Made by a program: the position numbers and the translations under genes. A DNA stretch of 64,000 bases from Isurus oxyrinchus. Lineage: Eukaryota. This document shows, in pieces, positions 1-11,455 of this stretch; within the stretch, counting starts at the first letter, position 1; the number at the start of each line of letters is the position of its first letter. The stretch is from contig JANJGN010000026.1 in NCBI GenBank assembly GCA_026770705.1, forward strand, positions 32,302,001 to 32,366,000, written 5' to 3'. The notes below the pieces were generated by a model. The model did not search any database and was not told the origin of the DNA. It was given only the letters and a program-made list of their open reading frames with translations.

Positions 1-585
1 GCTTTATAAGGCTCTGGTCAGACCACATTTAGAATATTGTGAGCAATTTGGGGCCCCATATTTCAGGAAGGATGTGCTGGCCCTGAAGAGGGTGCAGAGG
101 AGGTTCACGAGAATGATCCCAGGAATGAAAGGCTTAACATATGAGGAACATTGGAGGACTCTGGGTCTATATTCGATGGAGTTTAGAAAGATGAGAGGGG
201 ATCTGATTGAAACTTACAGAATACTGAAAGGCCTGGATCGAGTGGATGTGGGGAAGATGTTGCCATTAGTAGGAGGGACTAGGACCCGAGGGCACAGCCT
301 CAGAGTAACCTTTTAGAACAGAGATGAGGAGAAACTTCTTTAGCCAGAGAGTGGTGAATCTATGGAATTCATTGCCACACAAGGCTATGGAGGCCAGGTC
401 ATTGAGTGTATTTAAGAACGAGATAGATAGGTTCTTGATTGGTAAGGGGATCAAAGGTTACAGGGAGAAGGCGGGAGAATGGGGTTGAGAAACTTATCAG
501 CCATGATTGAATGGCGGCGCAGACGCGATGGGCCAAATGGTTTAATTTCTGCTCCTATGTCTTATAACCTTATCGTCTTATGTCC
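1..585 (+). mobile_element. CR1-clade LINE, 3' end of ORF2 plus 3' UTR/tail
   Basis: ORF 74..316 (VQRRFTRMIPGMKGLTYEE..LGLYSMEFRKMRGDLIETYRILKG..TRGHSL) is the typical CR1 ORF2 C-terminus; ends in a CTTATG-type repeated tail. Confidence 0.9.
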
Positions 586-724
586 CTGCATTACACTAGG
601 TGATGTCTAACCACATCGAACCCGTGCTGTACCTGCCCTGGGAGTATTTAATATGGCAATGGAGAGGGAGCTTTAAATTCTGTGCCTACCTCCATGCTGC
701 ATCTGCCCTGGGAGTGTTTTATGG

Positions 725-1200
725 GACAGTAGACCCCGTGTCAATATTGCACTCGACCATGACCCTGTCCCTGCTTATATTACACAGACCAGATCCTGTC
801 TCATTTTATATTACACTAGACGCTGTCTCAGTTTGCATTACAGTAGACCCTGTCACAGTTTATATTCCGCTCGCCATGTCTCTGTTTATATTATACTCGA
901 CATGTCTCTGTTTATACAGCACGTGACACTGTCTCTGTTTATACCACACTAGACTCTGTCTTTGTTTGTATTACATTAGGCTCTCTCCCTGTTTATATCG
1001 CACTTGATATGTTTCTGTTTATATTACACTGGACATGTCTCTGTTTATATTATACTAGACATGTCTCTCTTTATAATACACTAGACCCTGTCTCATATTC
1101 ATCTAGACCTGACTCTGTATTGAAGTAGGTGTTGCCTCAGTTCTGCACTAGATCATCTTTGTATCTAAATTACATTAGACCCTGCCTCAATTATTACTGC
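725..1200 (+). repeat. Degenerate ~26-27 bp minisatellite (consensus ~TACACTAGACCCTGTCTCTGTTTATAT)
   Basis: Recurring ACACTAGAC..TGTCTCTGTTTATAT units; reverse-strand relics near 1490-1580, 3570-3790 and 4500-4680. Confidence 0.8.
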
Positions 1201-2134
1201 ACTGCACAATGTGGAGATTGGTTGGGGTGGAAATAGTAAAGGTAAAACAGCAAGATGGTGGGAACAGTAATAATGCAAAAATTCTTTAGAGAACAATTAG
1301 CATGGGTGCCTTTTCCGATGTTGTGACTTGTTCTGCCTGCATCCCACATTTATGTTCATAAACTACAGATCTCTCTTATCTTGCAGCTGTTTAAATTAAA
1401 GCATTTAACTCCTATTTCCAGGGCCTAGTGTGATGAAGTAAGGGAATATACTAATGCATTATAAACAGAAAACAATTACATAAATAACTCAGACAGGGTC
1501 TAGTGTTACAGAAACAGAGACATGGACTAGAGCAGTAACAATGAATCAGGCCCAGCATAATATGAGCAGAGACATGGCGAAGTGCAACAATATTGACACC
1601 CAAGTCCTGAAGTCCCACAGAACCAGATAAGATATGGGTGGAGATACGTCTTGGTGATTTCCACTTATTGCCCTCACTCAGCTGATGAACATGTACTCCT
1701 TCATTTTTAGCACTGCTTGGAAGAAACACTGAAGGTAGCAAGGGCAATGAATGTGCCGTGGATTTGCAAAGTCAATTACCATTTGACAGGACCTCTAGTG
1801 ACCAAGCTGGATGAGTCTTGAATGATGTGTCTGCCAGACTGGACCTGCCACAGATTGTGATAGGAAAACTTTACCTGATCTCCGGCCCGTCACACTATTA
1901 ATATAGGTAGAGTGACACGTGCGCTGTCCTTGCAGAAACCAAGGCTGCTGTTCACATTGAGCACATTCTCCATTGTGTTCTGGGGCACTGTCACTGTGCT
2001 AAACGGGATACATTCAGAACAGATCTAGCAGCTCAAAACTTGGCATTTACAAGATGCTGGTGGCCATCAGCAGCAGATTAATTGCATTCAATCACATCCT
2101 GTAATCTCATGGACCAGAATATCCCTCACTCACA

Positions 2135-2830
2135 CCTTGGTGTGCCTGTCCACAGATCCATGAAGGTAGCAGGGAAGGGAGATAAGGTTGTTAAGAAGGC
2201 ATATGGGGTACATGCTTTTATTAGCCGAGGTGTAACATACCAGAGCAGGGAGGTTATGTTGGAACTGCATAAAATACTGCTTAGGCCGCAGCTGGAGTTC
2301 TGCGTGCAGTTACCAAACTATAGGAAGGATGTGATTTCACTGGAGAAGGTGCAGAAGAGATTTGCCAGGATGCTGCCTTGGCCGGAGGATCTGAGCTATG
2401 AGGAAATGTTGAATAGGCTGGCGTTGTTTGGTTTGGAGCAGGGAAGGTTGAGAATGGACCTGATAGGGGTGTGGAAGGCTATAAGGGGCATAGATGGAGT
2501 GGATAGCAAGGCACTTATTTCCCTTAGTAAAAGGGTCAATAACCAGGGTGCACAGATTTAAAGTAAGAGGTAGAAGGCTAAGAGGGGATTTGAGGATAAT
2601 ATTTTTCACCCAGAGGGTGGTGGGAGCCTGGAACACACTGCCTGAAAGGGTGGTTGAGTCAGAAATTCTCGTAACATTTTAGAAGTATTCAGATATTCAC
2701 GCATATTACTGTAGCCTCTAGGGCTAAGGCCAAGCACTAGACAATGGGATTAGTGTCGGCAGATCTTTGTTGACCTGCGGGGACACGGTGGGCCAATTGG
2801 CCTCCTTCTGTGGAGTAAACATCTACAAGT
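2135..2830 (+). mobile_element. CR1 LINE 3' fragment
   Basis: ORF 2082..2561 (LGVPVHRSMK..KVVKKAYG..LRPQLEFCVQ..LEKVQKRFARM) and following FFTQRVVGAWNTLPE. Confidence 0.9.
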
Positions 2831-2859
2831 CTCTGAGCCTAACGTCCAGGCTGGGGACA

Positions 2860-3365
2860 ATGAGGAATGTAGAACCACAGGTCAGAAGCAACACCAGGCA
2901 TACCTGAAAATGATGAACCAAAGTGTGAAGCAAGAACACCGTAAATAATGGACAACAGATCAAAACGGTCCCCTTGCCTCTCATTGTCTACTCTTGACCA
3001 TCAATAAAGTGATTGAAGATGTCGCCGATCTGCTCACCAAGGCTCAGACTGGATCCACCCGGATCAGTCAGCTTCAAAGCTCATTGTAAACTTAGTCTGA
3101 ACATGAAAAAGAGAGCTAACTCCCGGCGATAATGTACGAGTGTTTTAGCAATTTGTGTCAAAGTAGAGTTTGACTGAGTGCATCATAAAGAAGCCTTGAA
3201 AGGAGTCACCGCAATGGGAATCAGGAGAAGGCTCTCCACTGATTGGAGTCACACCGAGCACACATGAAGATGTTGTGGTTGTTGGAGACCAATCATCTCA
3301 GCGCCAGGACATCATTCCAGGAGTCCGTCAGAGAAATGTCCTTAGCCCAACCATCTTGACTTACA
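2860..3365 (+). mobile_element. Degenerate CR1-like LINE (second family) RT fragment
   Basis: Similar to the 40045-41430 and 54385-55940 copies (..GTTGTTGGAGACCAATCATCTCAG..CAGGAGT..CTTAGCCCAACCATCTT). Confidence 0.6.
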
Positions 3366-3427
3366 ATATTGTCTCTCCATCTCACAGACACATGGCGTAA
3401 TGCAGCTATAATTTAAACAGGAGCACA

Positions 3428-3566
3428 GATAAAAGTAAAATACAGCGGATGCTGGAAATCTGAAATTAAAACAGAAAATGCTGGAAAAACACCGCAGGTC
3501 TGACAGCATCTGTGGAGAGAGAAACAGAGTTAAATTTTCGAGTCAGTATGACTCTTCTTCAGAGGC
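3428..3566 (-). mobile_element. Short Penelope-like/non-autonomous element with hammerhead-like core
   Basis: Minus strand reads CTGAAGA-A-GAGTC-ATACT-GACTC-GAAA followed by the CAGATGCTGTCAGACCTGC..TTTTTCCAGCATTTTCTG tail shared with the other copies. Confidence 0.6.
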
Positions 3567-3809
3567 ATAGTCTAGTGTCGTAGTTACAATGACCTGGTCT
3601 GGTATAATATATATATTGTCAAGATCTAATATGATATAAATGGAAACAGGGTCCAGTGCAATACAAACGGAAAAGGCTTCTAGTGGAATATTAATGAGTA
3701 ATGGTCTATTTTGATACAAACAGAGGTTTGATCTAGTACAATGGAAATGAGGTAGTGCCGAGTGCATTCATAATCGAAACAGAATCCTGTATAACATGGG
3801 AGAGATGAT

Positions 3810-4370
3810 CGTACAGTGGGGACCTCACTGGATTAGAAACTCAGAGATTAGTAACCGACACCTTTGCTCCGGGGATAGGGGTTTGAATCCCGTTATGGGT
3901 CCCGCATGTAAAATTTAAATTCAATTAATAAATCTGGAATTGAAAGCTCGTCTCAATAATGGTGACCAAGAAACTAAAATCGATCATCTTAAGCATCTAT
4001 CTGGTTCACTGATGTCCTTTAGGGAAGGAAATCTGCCGTCCTTACCTCGTCTGGCCTACAATATTTTTGTTCATGAGAACGGGGATAACATTGGCTCGGC
4101 CAGCATTTATTGACATCGCTAATTTCCCTTGAGAACACTGTGGCTCATTAGGCTATGTAAGTGTGAACCAAATTGTTGTGGATCTGGAGTCATATATAGT
4201 CCAGACCAGGTGAAGTTAGTGAGCCAGATGGGCTTTTATGACAATGGTTTCATGGTCATCATTAGACTTTTGATTTCAAATTTCACCATCTGCCGTGGTG
4301 GGATTCAAACCCAGATCCCAAGCCATTTAATAGCCCAGTGAGGATACCACTACACTACCGCCTCCCATAC
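3810..4370. mobile_element. Two tRNA-derived SINE fragments, opposite orientations
   Basis: GGTTTGAATCCC B-box, CATCTGGTTCACTGATGTCCTTTAGGGAAGGAAATCTG body shared with 8128-8490 and 62297-62650; second copy inverted. Confidence 0.7.
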
Positions 4371-5099
4371 ATATAACTCCAGACCCACAATTTTGTGGAG
4401 CTCTATTCTTCAGTTATTTGTTTAATTGTCGATGACCATTAATGACTGGATGCGACAGGACTGCAGAGTAGATCCGATCTGTTGGATGTGGGATCTTCGA
4501 GACCGTGGTAGACAAATATTGGTATTGACAGGTGTAGTATTAATTGAAACAGGGCGCAGTGAAATATAAACAAGAGGTAGTGTTTAGTCCAACATATGTA
4601 TAGATGGAGACCAAGTTAAAAAGACAGGGACAGGGTGCAGTGCAATGTTAATTGAGACAATACATGTTTCATATCATGTGTCCGTCGAGATTTCAAGTCC
4701 ATCTGCTGGCCAAACTCTGCAATTGCAGCTACTGTGAAAATATCGCTGTCAGGTCTGATCTTTGATATTATTGTATCAAGAATCCACTTCACCAGATTTC
4801 GTACCACATTGCCTTCTGCGGGGGCTGTCAAAATTTAGCAAAATACAACTAATTGCAGATAAAAGTGGTTAATTACCGCATGTTAAGATCAGCACCAGAG
4901 CAAAGTGGCTCAATTCCTGGTGGTACATCTCTGTTCATCTTGATTAAAGGGAGTGATGTTGACCAGGGCGCTGTACAGACACCATGGGAACTTTAATGTC
5001 CACCTCAACAAACATAGTGTTGTGGGGAGTTTCATGATACTAAAAACAGTTAGGGTCATTTAATTCGATAGTTAAGTGTTACAGAGAATCCCAGGGAGT

Positions 5100-6500
5100 C
5101 CAAATGGGTTTTTAAGTTGAAGTACAAGATGCCACCTTGATCTGTGTGTGTTTGAGGGAGAGGGAGAGAGAGAGGGAGGAGCACATCATATTGTTTGCAT
5201 TTAACTTTCACGAAGATCCTGGACAACCTTCCATCTATAAAAGGCCCCAGACACACAATGGAAACAAATCCATTTCAGATGTGCTGGTGGCTGAGGAGGC
5301 CAATTGTTGTGAGGCAGGTTCTGCCAGAAGTGCTGCTCATGAAGCTACAAAGTGGCGTTGTGGGTTTCTTTTTTCAGCGCTAGCCTCGATTGCTAAGCTG
5401 CTGTAGCCGCTGGTCATCGCGGTGGTTCATCACCAGACAGAAAATCATTGTGTATTTGACAAACTTCAATCCTACGGATGTTCCCAAGCCACAAAACCGC
5501 CTCTGCATGATCAATTCTGCCGCCTTGGGAGCTGTTCCTTTGACAGTACCACTGCATTCGTGACTTTATCCTGCCAGTACATACCCATAATGCACAGAAG
5601 GCAGTGAAGATGGAAATTGTGGAGCTTCTTTTCTTAATAGCTGTAAGTTGTTCATGTTTCATCGCCACACAGCAATGTGCTAAGGACACAGGCCTTACAA
5701 ACCACCAGCTTGTACCTAAGTGCCAATTTGATGTTATTCTAGAGACGTTTCATGAGTCAGCCAAACGTGGCAGCTGCTTTCCCCATTCGGGTATCAAGCT
5801 CTGAAGCAAGGAACAGGCTGCCTGTCATCGTGGAACCCAGGGGGCTGATTTTTTTTCCATGCGGGTGGTATTTAGTGTGACCAATGGTGGAACTGCAACC
5901 CCTTGCCCAAGACCACGGTTTTCTTCATGTTTATAATCAGGGAGAACAAGGGACAAGCATAGAAGAGTCAGTTCATGAGTCTTTGTGGATAAGTTTCCGT
6001 TTTGATGATGGAGTTATCAGCATAGAGGTATTCTCTGATCAGGACTCAATGTGTTTTTGTCTTCGCTTTCAGTCTTATAGATTGCAGAGCTTGCAGTCTG
6101 ACTGAGTGTGTAAGTCGACTCCTTCTATATCCGATTCCTTCTATATCGACAGGGAAGGCAAAGATCAAAAGCATGGAGAAAAAGATGCCAAAAAGATTGG
6201 GGCTAGGACACAGGTCTGTTTCACTCCATTCTTCACTCCTAATCTGTCGGAAGTGGAATCATCAATCTGTACTGTACAATACATGTTATCATGGAAGAAG
6301 TGAATGAAACTGAGGAGCTTAGCCGAACATCCAATTTTCCCCAAAACTTTGTCGATTCCTGTTCTGCTGATGGCATCGAACATATGGAGCAGATCATGTC
6401 CAGAGTATGCCTTCCAACACAAGTACCACACTGTGCTTCGGCCTGCAAGTAGATGAAGTCTTTAAAGTATGACCCAAGCAAAGGCTTTCCCCGTGACTCT
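5100..6500 (-). mobile_element. RTE-clade LINE remnant (reverse transcriptase)
   Basis: Minus-strand translation FDAISRTG..LGKIGCSAKLLSFI..FHDNM..VQID..VKNGVKQTCVLAPIF, typical of RTE RT; frameshifted. Confidence 0.75.
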
Positions 6501-6649
6501 ATGAATGAGATATACCTGTAGTTATTGAAGTCACATCTTTGGCTTTGTTTCCAGCAAGTGTGATGATTTTTGCATTATGCATCTTCCGTGATCTCCTGAA
6601 TGGATCGTGTCTTTCAGCAAAGAAGGAGAAGGTCATAAAGGCTGAGAAA

Positions 6650-7272
6650 AATAAGTAAACACCACTTATTATCAATTCACCACGACAGGAAATAATTATA
6701 TTCACGAATTCACACCAATTCACAAAGATAAATAGTTATATTCACCAATTATCATCAATGCACGAAGGTGAAACATCATATTCACCAATTATCATAAATT
6801 TGCAAAGATAAATAATCATATTCACCAATTATCATCAACCCACAAAGATAAATAATTATAATCACCAATTATCATCAGTTTGCAAAGATGAATAGTTATA
6901 TTGACCAATTATCATCAGTTCGAAAAGGTAAATAGTTATATTCACCAATTATCATCAACCCATAAAGATAAATAATTATAATCACCAATTATCATAAATT
7001 CACAAAGGTAAATTATTATATTCACCAATTATCATCAATTACCAAAGATAAATAACTAGATTCACCAATTATCATCAATGCACGAAGGTAAATAATCATA
7101 TTCACCAATTATCATCAACCCACAAAGGTAAGTAATTATAATCATCAATTATCATAAATTCACAAAGATAAATTATTATATTTACCAATTATCAGCAATT
7201 CACAAAGGTAATTAGTTATATTCACGAGTTATCATCAATTCACAAAGATGAATAATTAGATTAACCAATTGT
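6650..7272 (+). repeat. 40-bp AT-rich minisatellite, ~15 copies
   Basis: Unit TTCACCAATTATCATCAATTCACAAAGATAAATAATTATA repeated with a 40-bp period. Confidence 0.95.
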
Positions 7273-8127
7273 TTTCAGCAATATAGTTCATATAAAGTGT
7301 AATCGCGGTTTATTTAACATTGATTGAGGTCATATTGACCATTCTGTCAGCAAGGAATCACATCTGTCCCAGAATTCAGTGGGAAATGGAATTAAATCAG
7401 ACCGAGGGTAATAAGCAGCTACCCAGCAGCTTCTGCACTTTACTAATAAGTAATCACCTCATCATCACACAGAAATTCCTGATATATAACTGGAGCCTTT
7501 GAGGATTTGTAAAGTGATGGTATTAAAAAAAATCTACCTGGACCTGACGTTAAGGCAATATATATATACATTAACTCCAGATTTGTTATTTCCCTCGTTT
7601 GGGAGGTAATGGAACATTCGTGGCTCTCCGGTGAGTTTCACACAATTTCTGTTCCCACAGTAATAATGTTTAGCCTGCTACCTTCACTAATTTGGCTGAG
7701 GTTATGTTGAATGTTTTGTTGTACATGAAAGGACCACATGTTCCAAAGATTACAATCCACCTCCCTAAACAGAATTATGTACCCGCTTTCTGTCTTAAAG
7801 ATGATGTTTGTCCATCAGCAGAGCAGAATCATCAGTACCGCAGAGACATCTCCAGCCTCCTCTTGGACACATTTACCTTGATAGTTCCCGATAGCCCGGA
7901 AAATCTGGAAGGACTGAAAGTATTAGACTGACACAAATTAAATACAGGACCTGCTTCAAAGTATGAAGTAGTCAAGCAGAAAGTTGAGAATGGAGAACAA
8001 CATCTTTCAGGCGCAGCTATCGATGCATCGATCAATCCATTCATTAATTCCTTTATCAAAATAGTCAGGCTTCAAACTTTCATTCATTCCTGCATCACCG
8101 CAGCCAACCCTCCTTTCTTTGGCAGAC

Positions 8128-8490
8128 GGGGTTGTTGTAGTAATGTCATTGGACTAGTAATCCAGAGACTAAAGAGATTCTTCTGTGGACACGAATTCAA
8201 ATCCCACCATGGCAAGGAGTGGAATTTAAATTCAATAACAAATCTGAGATTGAAAACTGGTCCCAGTGAAGGGAGCCATGAAACTGTAATCGATTGTGGG
8301 GAATAAACTCATCTGGTTCACAAATGCCCTTTAGATAAAGAATTCTGCCACCCTACACGTGATTCCAGATCCACAGCAACATGGTCGACTCTAACTGCCT
8401 TCTGAAATGACCCAGCAAGGCACTCAGTTCAAGTGCAATTAGGGACAGGGAACAAATGCCTTACCAGCGACTTTCACATCCCGTGAAAGA
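8128..8490 (+). mobile_element. tRNA-derived SINE with CR1-like LINE tail
   Basis: Head ..GGACTAGTAATCCAGAG..TTCAAATCCCACCATGGCA, tail ..CAAATGCC..CCAGCGAC..CACATCCCGTGAA. Confidence 0.75.
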
Positions 8491-9384
8491 GTAATGGGGC
8501 AAAAAATCACGCAAACATATATGCTTATCCATTACAAAATGTGTCCTCTCCCTAAGTCCCCTCTGCTAGTATGTCTGTATTTCTTTCTATCCATTCATCT
8601 ATCCATCACAATATTATGTTGGAGAGATCCTCCAATGAGCCATTGATGCCAACAAGGTGTCAGAGAAGCCGGATAACTTTCCTTTCCTGGGAGACTGGAA
8701 CAGTTCATATAGGTTCACAACTTAAAAAATAGAACTGACTCCAGTGTTGTTGCTGGGTAGATTTGTTATAAATAGGACTTGTTGACAATGTTAAGGGTTT
8801 GAAGTTGGCTTGCAGCCAAGCGGCTAGTACTGAGGAAACAGATCTTTCATTTACTGCACAAACCCCCAGGTGCTTCCTGTAAATAACATTGGACATTCGA
8901 GCGTCCCTGACTGCAGCCGGCTGGCTTGCTGCCAAATACTGTGTGGGGCAGATTAGCCTGGATATGAATGAACAAAATGGGATTTAGCCATTCAAAAATA
9001 AATATTTCGGCCGCACATGAAATGTGCATTTTAAATGGTATTTCAACCAAGGAAATATTTGAATGAATGCCGTGTTCACTACGAGATTACGCACGATCAG
9101 GAAATAGTAAGTTGACTATATACTATTTAATTTATATTACTTCTAAGTAAAGGGCATCCCAGTTATTAAAGCCTGTTTATTAATAACTTCATGGAGTGCG
9201 AGAGAGCGATTTTGATGGTCCCAAACCCACAATCTAATGCGATGACTGGAATGGCAAAAAATTAAAAGAAAATCATGGAATTGCTTTGAACCCGCAGGAA
9301 TTCCTTGAATACTCTCCGCATTGTACACCTCATTTAACCTGAGGGGTCTCTTAAACCTGATTAGCACCGTGAACTGTCCACAGA

Positions 9385-9470
9385 ACCATAGAACCATAGA
9401 ACATTACAGCACAGAAAACAGGCCATTCGGCCCTTCTAGTCTGTGCCGAAATATTATTCCGCTTGTCCAG
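9385..9470 (-). mobile_element. CR1 3' tail fragment
   Basis: AACCATAGAACCATAGAA..ACAGGCCATTCGGCCC, reverse complement of a CR1 terminus. Confidence 0.7.
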
Positions 9471-10370
9471 TTTAATTTTTGATGATTTCGATTATATAAC
9501 AGACCCTCTCATAGCTCCCTATGAGTGGAGAAATGACCAGTTCATGACCTCTTTCAGTGGAAAATAAAGCATTTATTCTTGTGATATTGTGTAATATGCC
9601 GCAAAGCCCTGATACGCTGCATTCCCAATACTAGTGAATGGCAGACAGCCGGTATCCAAGTAAATTACCAACAATGATTTGGATGCTGAAAGATAACTTT
9701 GCTGATTTCCGTGTCCGTTCTGATTCATTAATTTCTGTGTGTCAAAAGTTGTAAATTTTATGTTTCTCCGTCAACTCACTGTTTGATTATCAGGCAGGTT
9801 GGCTTCTTTTACCGCTAATTTTCACATGGCTGTCTTAGGGTCAGGAGCAGTTCGACAAATGCAAGGAGAGACGTTGTATAATGTGAGAAGATTCTTCTTA
9901 TCTCCGGACCCAAATTGTGCAGCAATAGCCACCCACACAGTAAATAGAATCACTTTGTTCATCCCCGCATTTAGTTACATAAATCAATATCAATTCCCAT
10001 GACTGATGAAACTTAATTACTGTAAGGAGATAGAGACCCGGAGTCGCTGCAAAACAGACTGACAGTCCCTTTATTCCTTGATGATGTAATTTATTTTTTT
10101 AGGTTCAACCCCTTGTGAAATAGTGTAGAAATAAATGGGCTTAATTTTCAATGGAATTAGTTTTTTTTATTAACAGATGTTCAACTGAAATTTCACTATT
10201 AGAATCTCGGGAGACATTACAGTGAATCCATTCAGCCATACAGATAAAATGTCCACTTTTAACAATAACCTGTTGTAAATATCTGAGTCCATTCTGTTGG
10301 GGATATGGAAGGGAGGGCGTGGATCCAGTCGCCGCCGCCACCAGGGTATTAACAGGCGGCGCCTGGAAAC

Positions 10371-10397
10371 CCGCCCCCTTCTGCCGGGTATTTAAAT
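10371..10397 (+). promoter_or_regulatory. Putative VH promoter: GC box plus TATA-like element
   Basis: CCGCCC at 10371-10376 and TATTTAAAT at 10389-10397, ~80-90 nt upstream of the leader ATGs. Confidence 0.6.
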
Positions 10398-10475
10398 GCC
10401 GCTCACTGGGATCGGAATCCAACAGTCCGGCAGCTGGTTTGTTCACTGAGTTGTGTACAGAACCATTTTCCCCAA

Positions 10476-10533
10476 ATGACCAGAAGGATGAGGTCGGCGA
10501 TTTCTCTCAGTTTGTTGCTGACTTCCTTATCCC
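10476..10533 (+). CDS. IGHV: Ig heavy-chain leader exon (MTRR)MRSAISLSLLLTSLS
   Basis: In-frame ATGs at 10476 and 10488, hydrophobic signal peptide, phase-1 donor C|GTGAGT at 10533/10534. Confidence 0.92.
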
Positions 10534-10660
10534 GTGAGTAGTTTTATTGTCCAAGTCTCTCACTGTTACTTTCTCAGTGTTAGCCTCTCTCTGGAATGTG
10601 ACAGGGTCAGGAATCATTTCACCAGGATTAATCCTCGGGGTTTTTGATATGTTTTTACAG

Positions 10661-10966
10661 GTGTCCAGTCGGATGTTGTGTTCACTCAGCCAGAGGCACA
10701 GACAGGGCGTCCCGGAGGCTCCCTGAGACTGACCTGTGAAACCAGTGGGATCACGCTTAGTAAAACTTACATGTACTGGGTCCGACAGGTTCCCGAAAAC
10801 GGACTGGAGTGTCTTCTTGAGTACTATAGCTAGTCAAGCTATACCTACGCCCCAGCAATTAAGAATCGATTTACGGCGTCCAAAGACACTTCAACGAACA
10901 TCTTCTCCTTGGACATGACGAACCTGAAGATTGAAGACACCGCCATCTATTACTGTGCAAGAGACA
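10661..10966 (+). pseudogene. IGHV: IgM-type VH exon with in-frame stop
   Basis: Acceptor TTTTTACAG; translates [100 protein letters not shown]; both Cys and the FR2 Trp present; TAG at 10831-10833. Confidence 0.95.
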
Positions 10967-11005
10967 CACAGCGAGAGGAACCAGGGCTGGACCCGAACAA
11001 GAACA
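10967..11005 (+). other. VH recombination signal sequence, 23-bp spacer
   Basis: Heptamer CACAGCG 10967-10973, 23-nt spacer, nonamer ACAAGAACA 10997-11005. Confidence 0.93.
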
Positions 11006-11364
11006 GTTCGAGAGGAACTCAGCAACTTCCATCATAACCTGACGGTCAGTGCTTGATTTAACTGTAATGATCCGAACCAGACAATGAACCGCTTCTGACA
11101 AAAGTACAACAGCAAATTTAGTAAAACCTAACAAACCAATCGATATAATGAGCTGAGCTTTTGGCTGTGTTTAATTTATATTTACTGTTAACAGCTTCCA
11201 TAAATACAGACCTGGATATAATGCTCATGTTGCTATGTCTAATACTTGGAGCGTGTCTCCTTTCGTTTCCTTTAGTAAATTGTTGCATTAGTTCTAAATT
11301 AGATCAGAAGTAAACGTCTATTTGAAGTGAATAATGAGTGACCTATTGAACAGAGAGTGGGTGC

Positions 11365-11392
11365 AGTTTTAGTGCTGGTGTATTTCACAGTG
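11365..11392 (-). other. 12-bp-spacer RSS 5' of D
   Basis: Nonamer AGTTTTAGT 11365-11373, 12-nt spacer GCTGGTGTATTT, heptamer CACAGTG 11386-11392; ~360 bp after the V RSS, a normal shark V-D1 distance. Confidence 0.88.
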
Positions 11393-11455
11393 CGGGCACA
11401 AGTGCTCTCGATCGCGACTACTGGGGACAAGGGACCATGGTGACAGTGACTGCAC
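11393..11455 (+). CDS. IGHJ: Germline-joined D(D)-JH segment (GTSALDR-DYWGQGTMVTVTA)
   Basis: WGQG motif, phase-1 donor C|GTAAG at 11455/11456; only 23 nt between the D heptamer and the JH core, with no J-RSS or inter-D RSS. Confidence 0.9.

Noticed and set aside
6650-7272. Regularly spaced repeats resembling a CRISPR array
   Set aside because: Units are contiguous with no unique spacers, there are no cas genes, and the context is vertebrate; it is a minisatellite
10736-10918. ORF-track peptide over the VH region
   Set aside because: Wrong frame; the real V frame is broken by TAG at 10831 and so is missing from the track
11397-11404. CACAAGTG as a D 3' heptamer
   Set aside because: One extra base and no nonamer at 12 or 22/23 nt; treated as junction sequence, though it could be a heptamer scar
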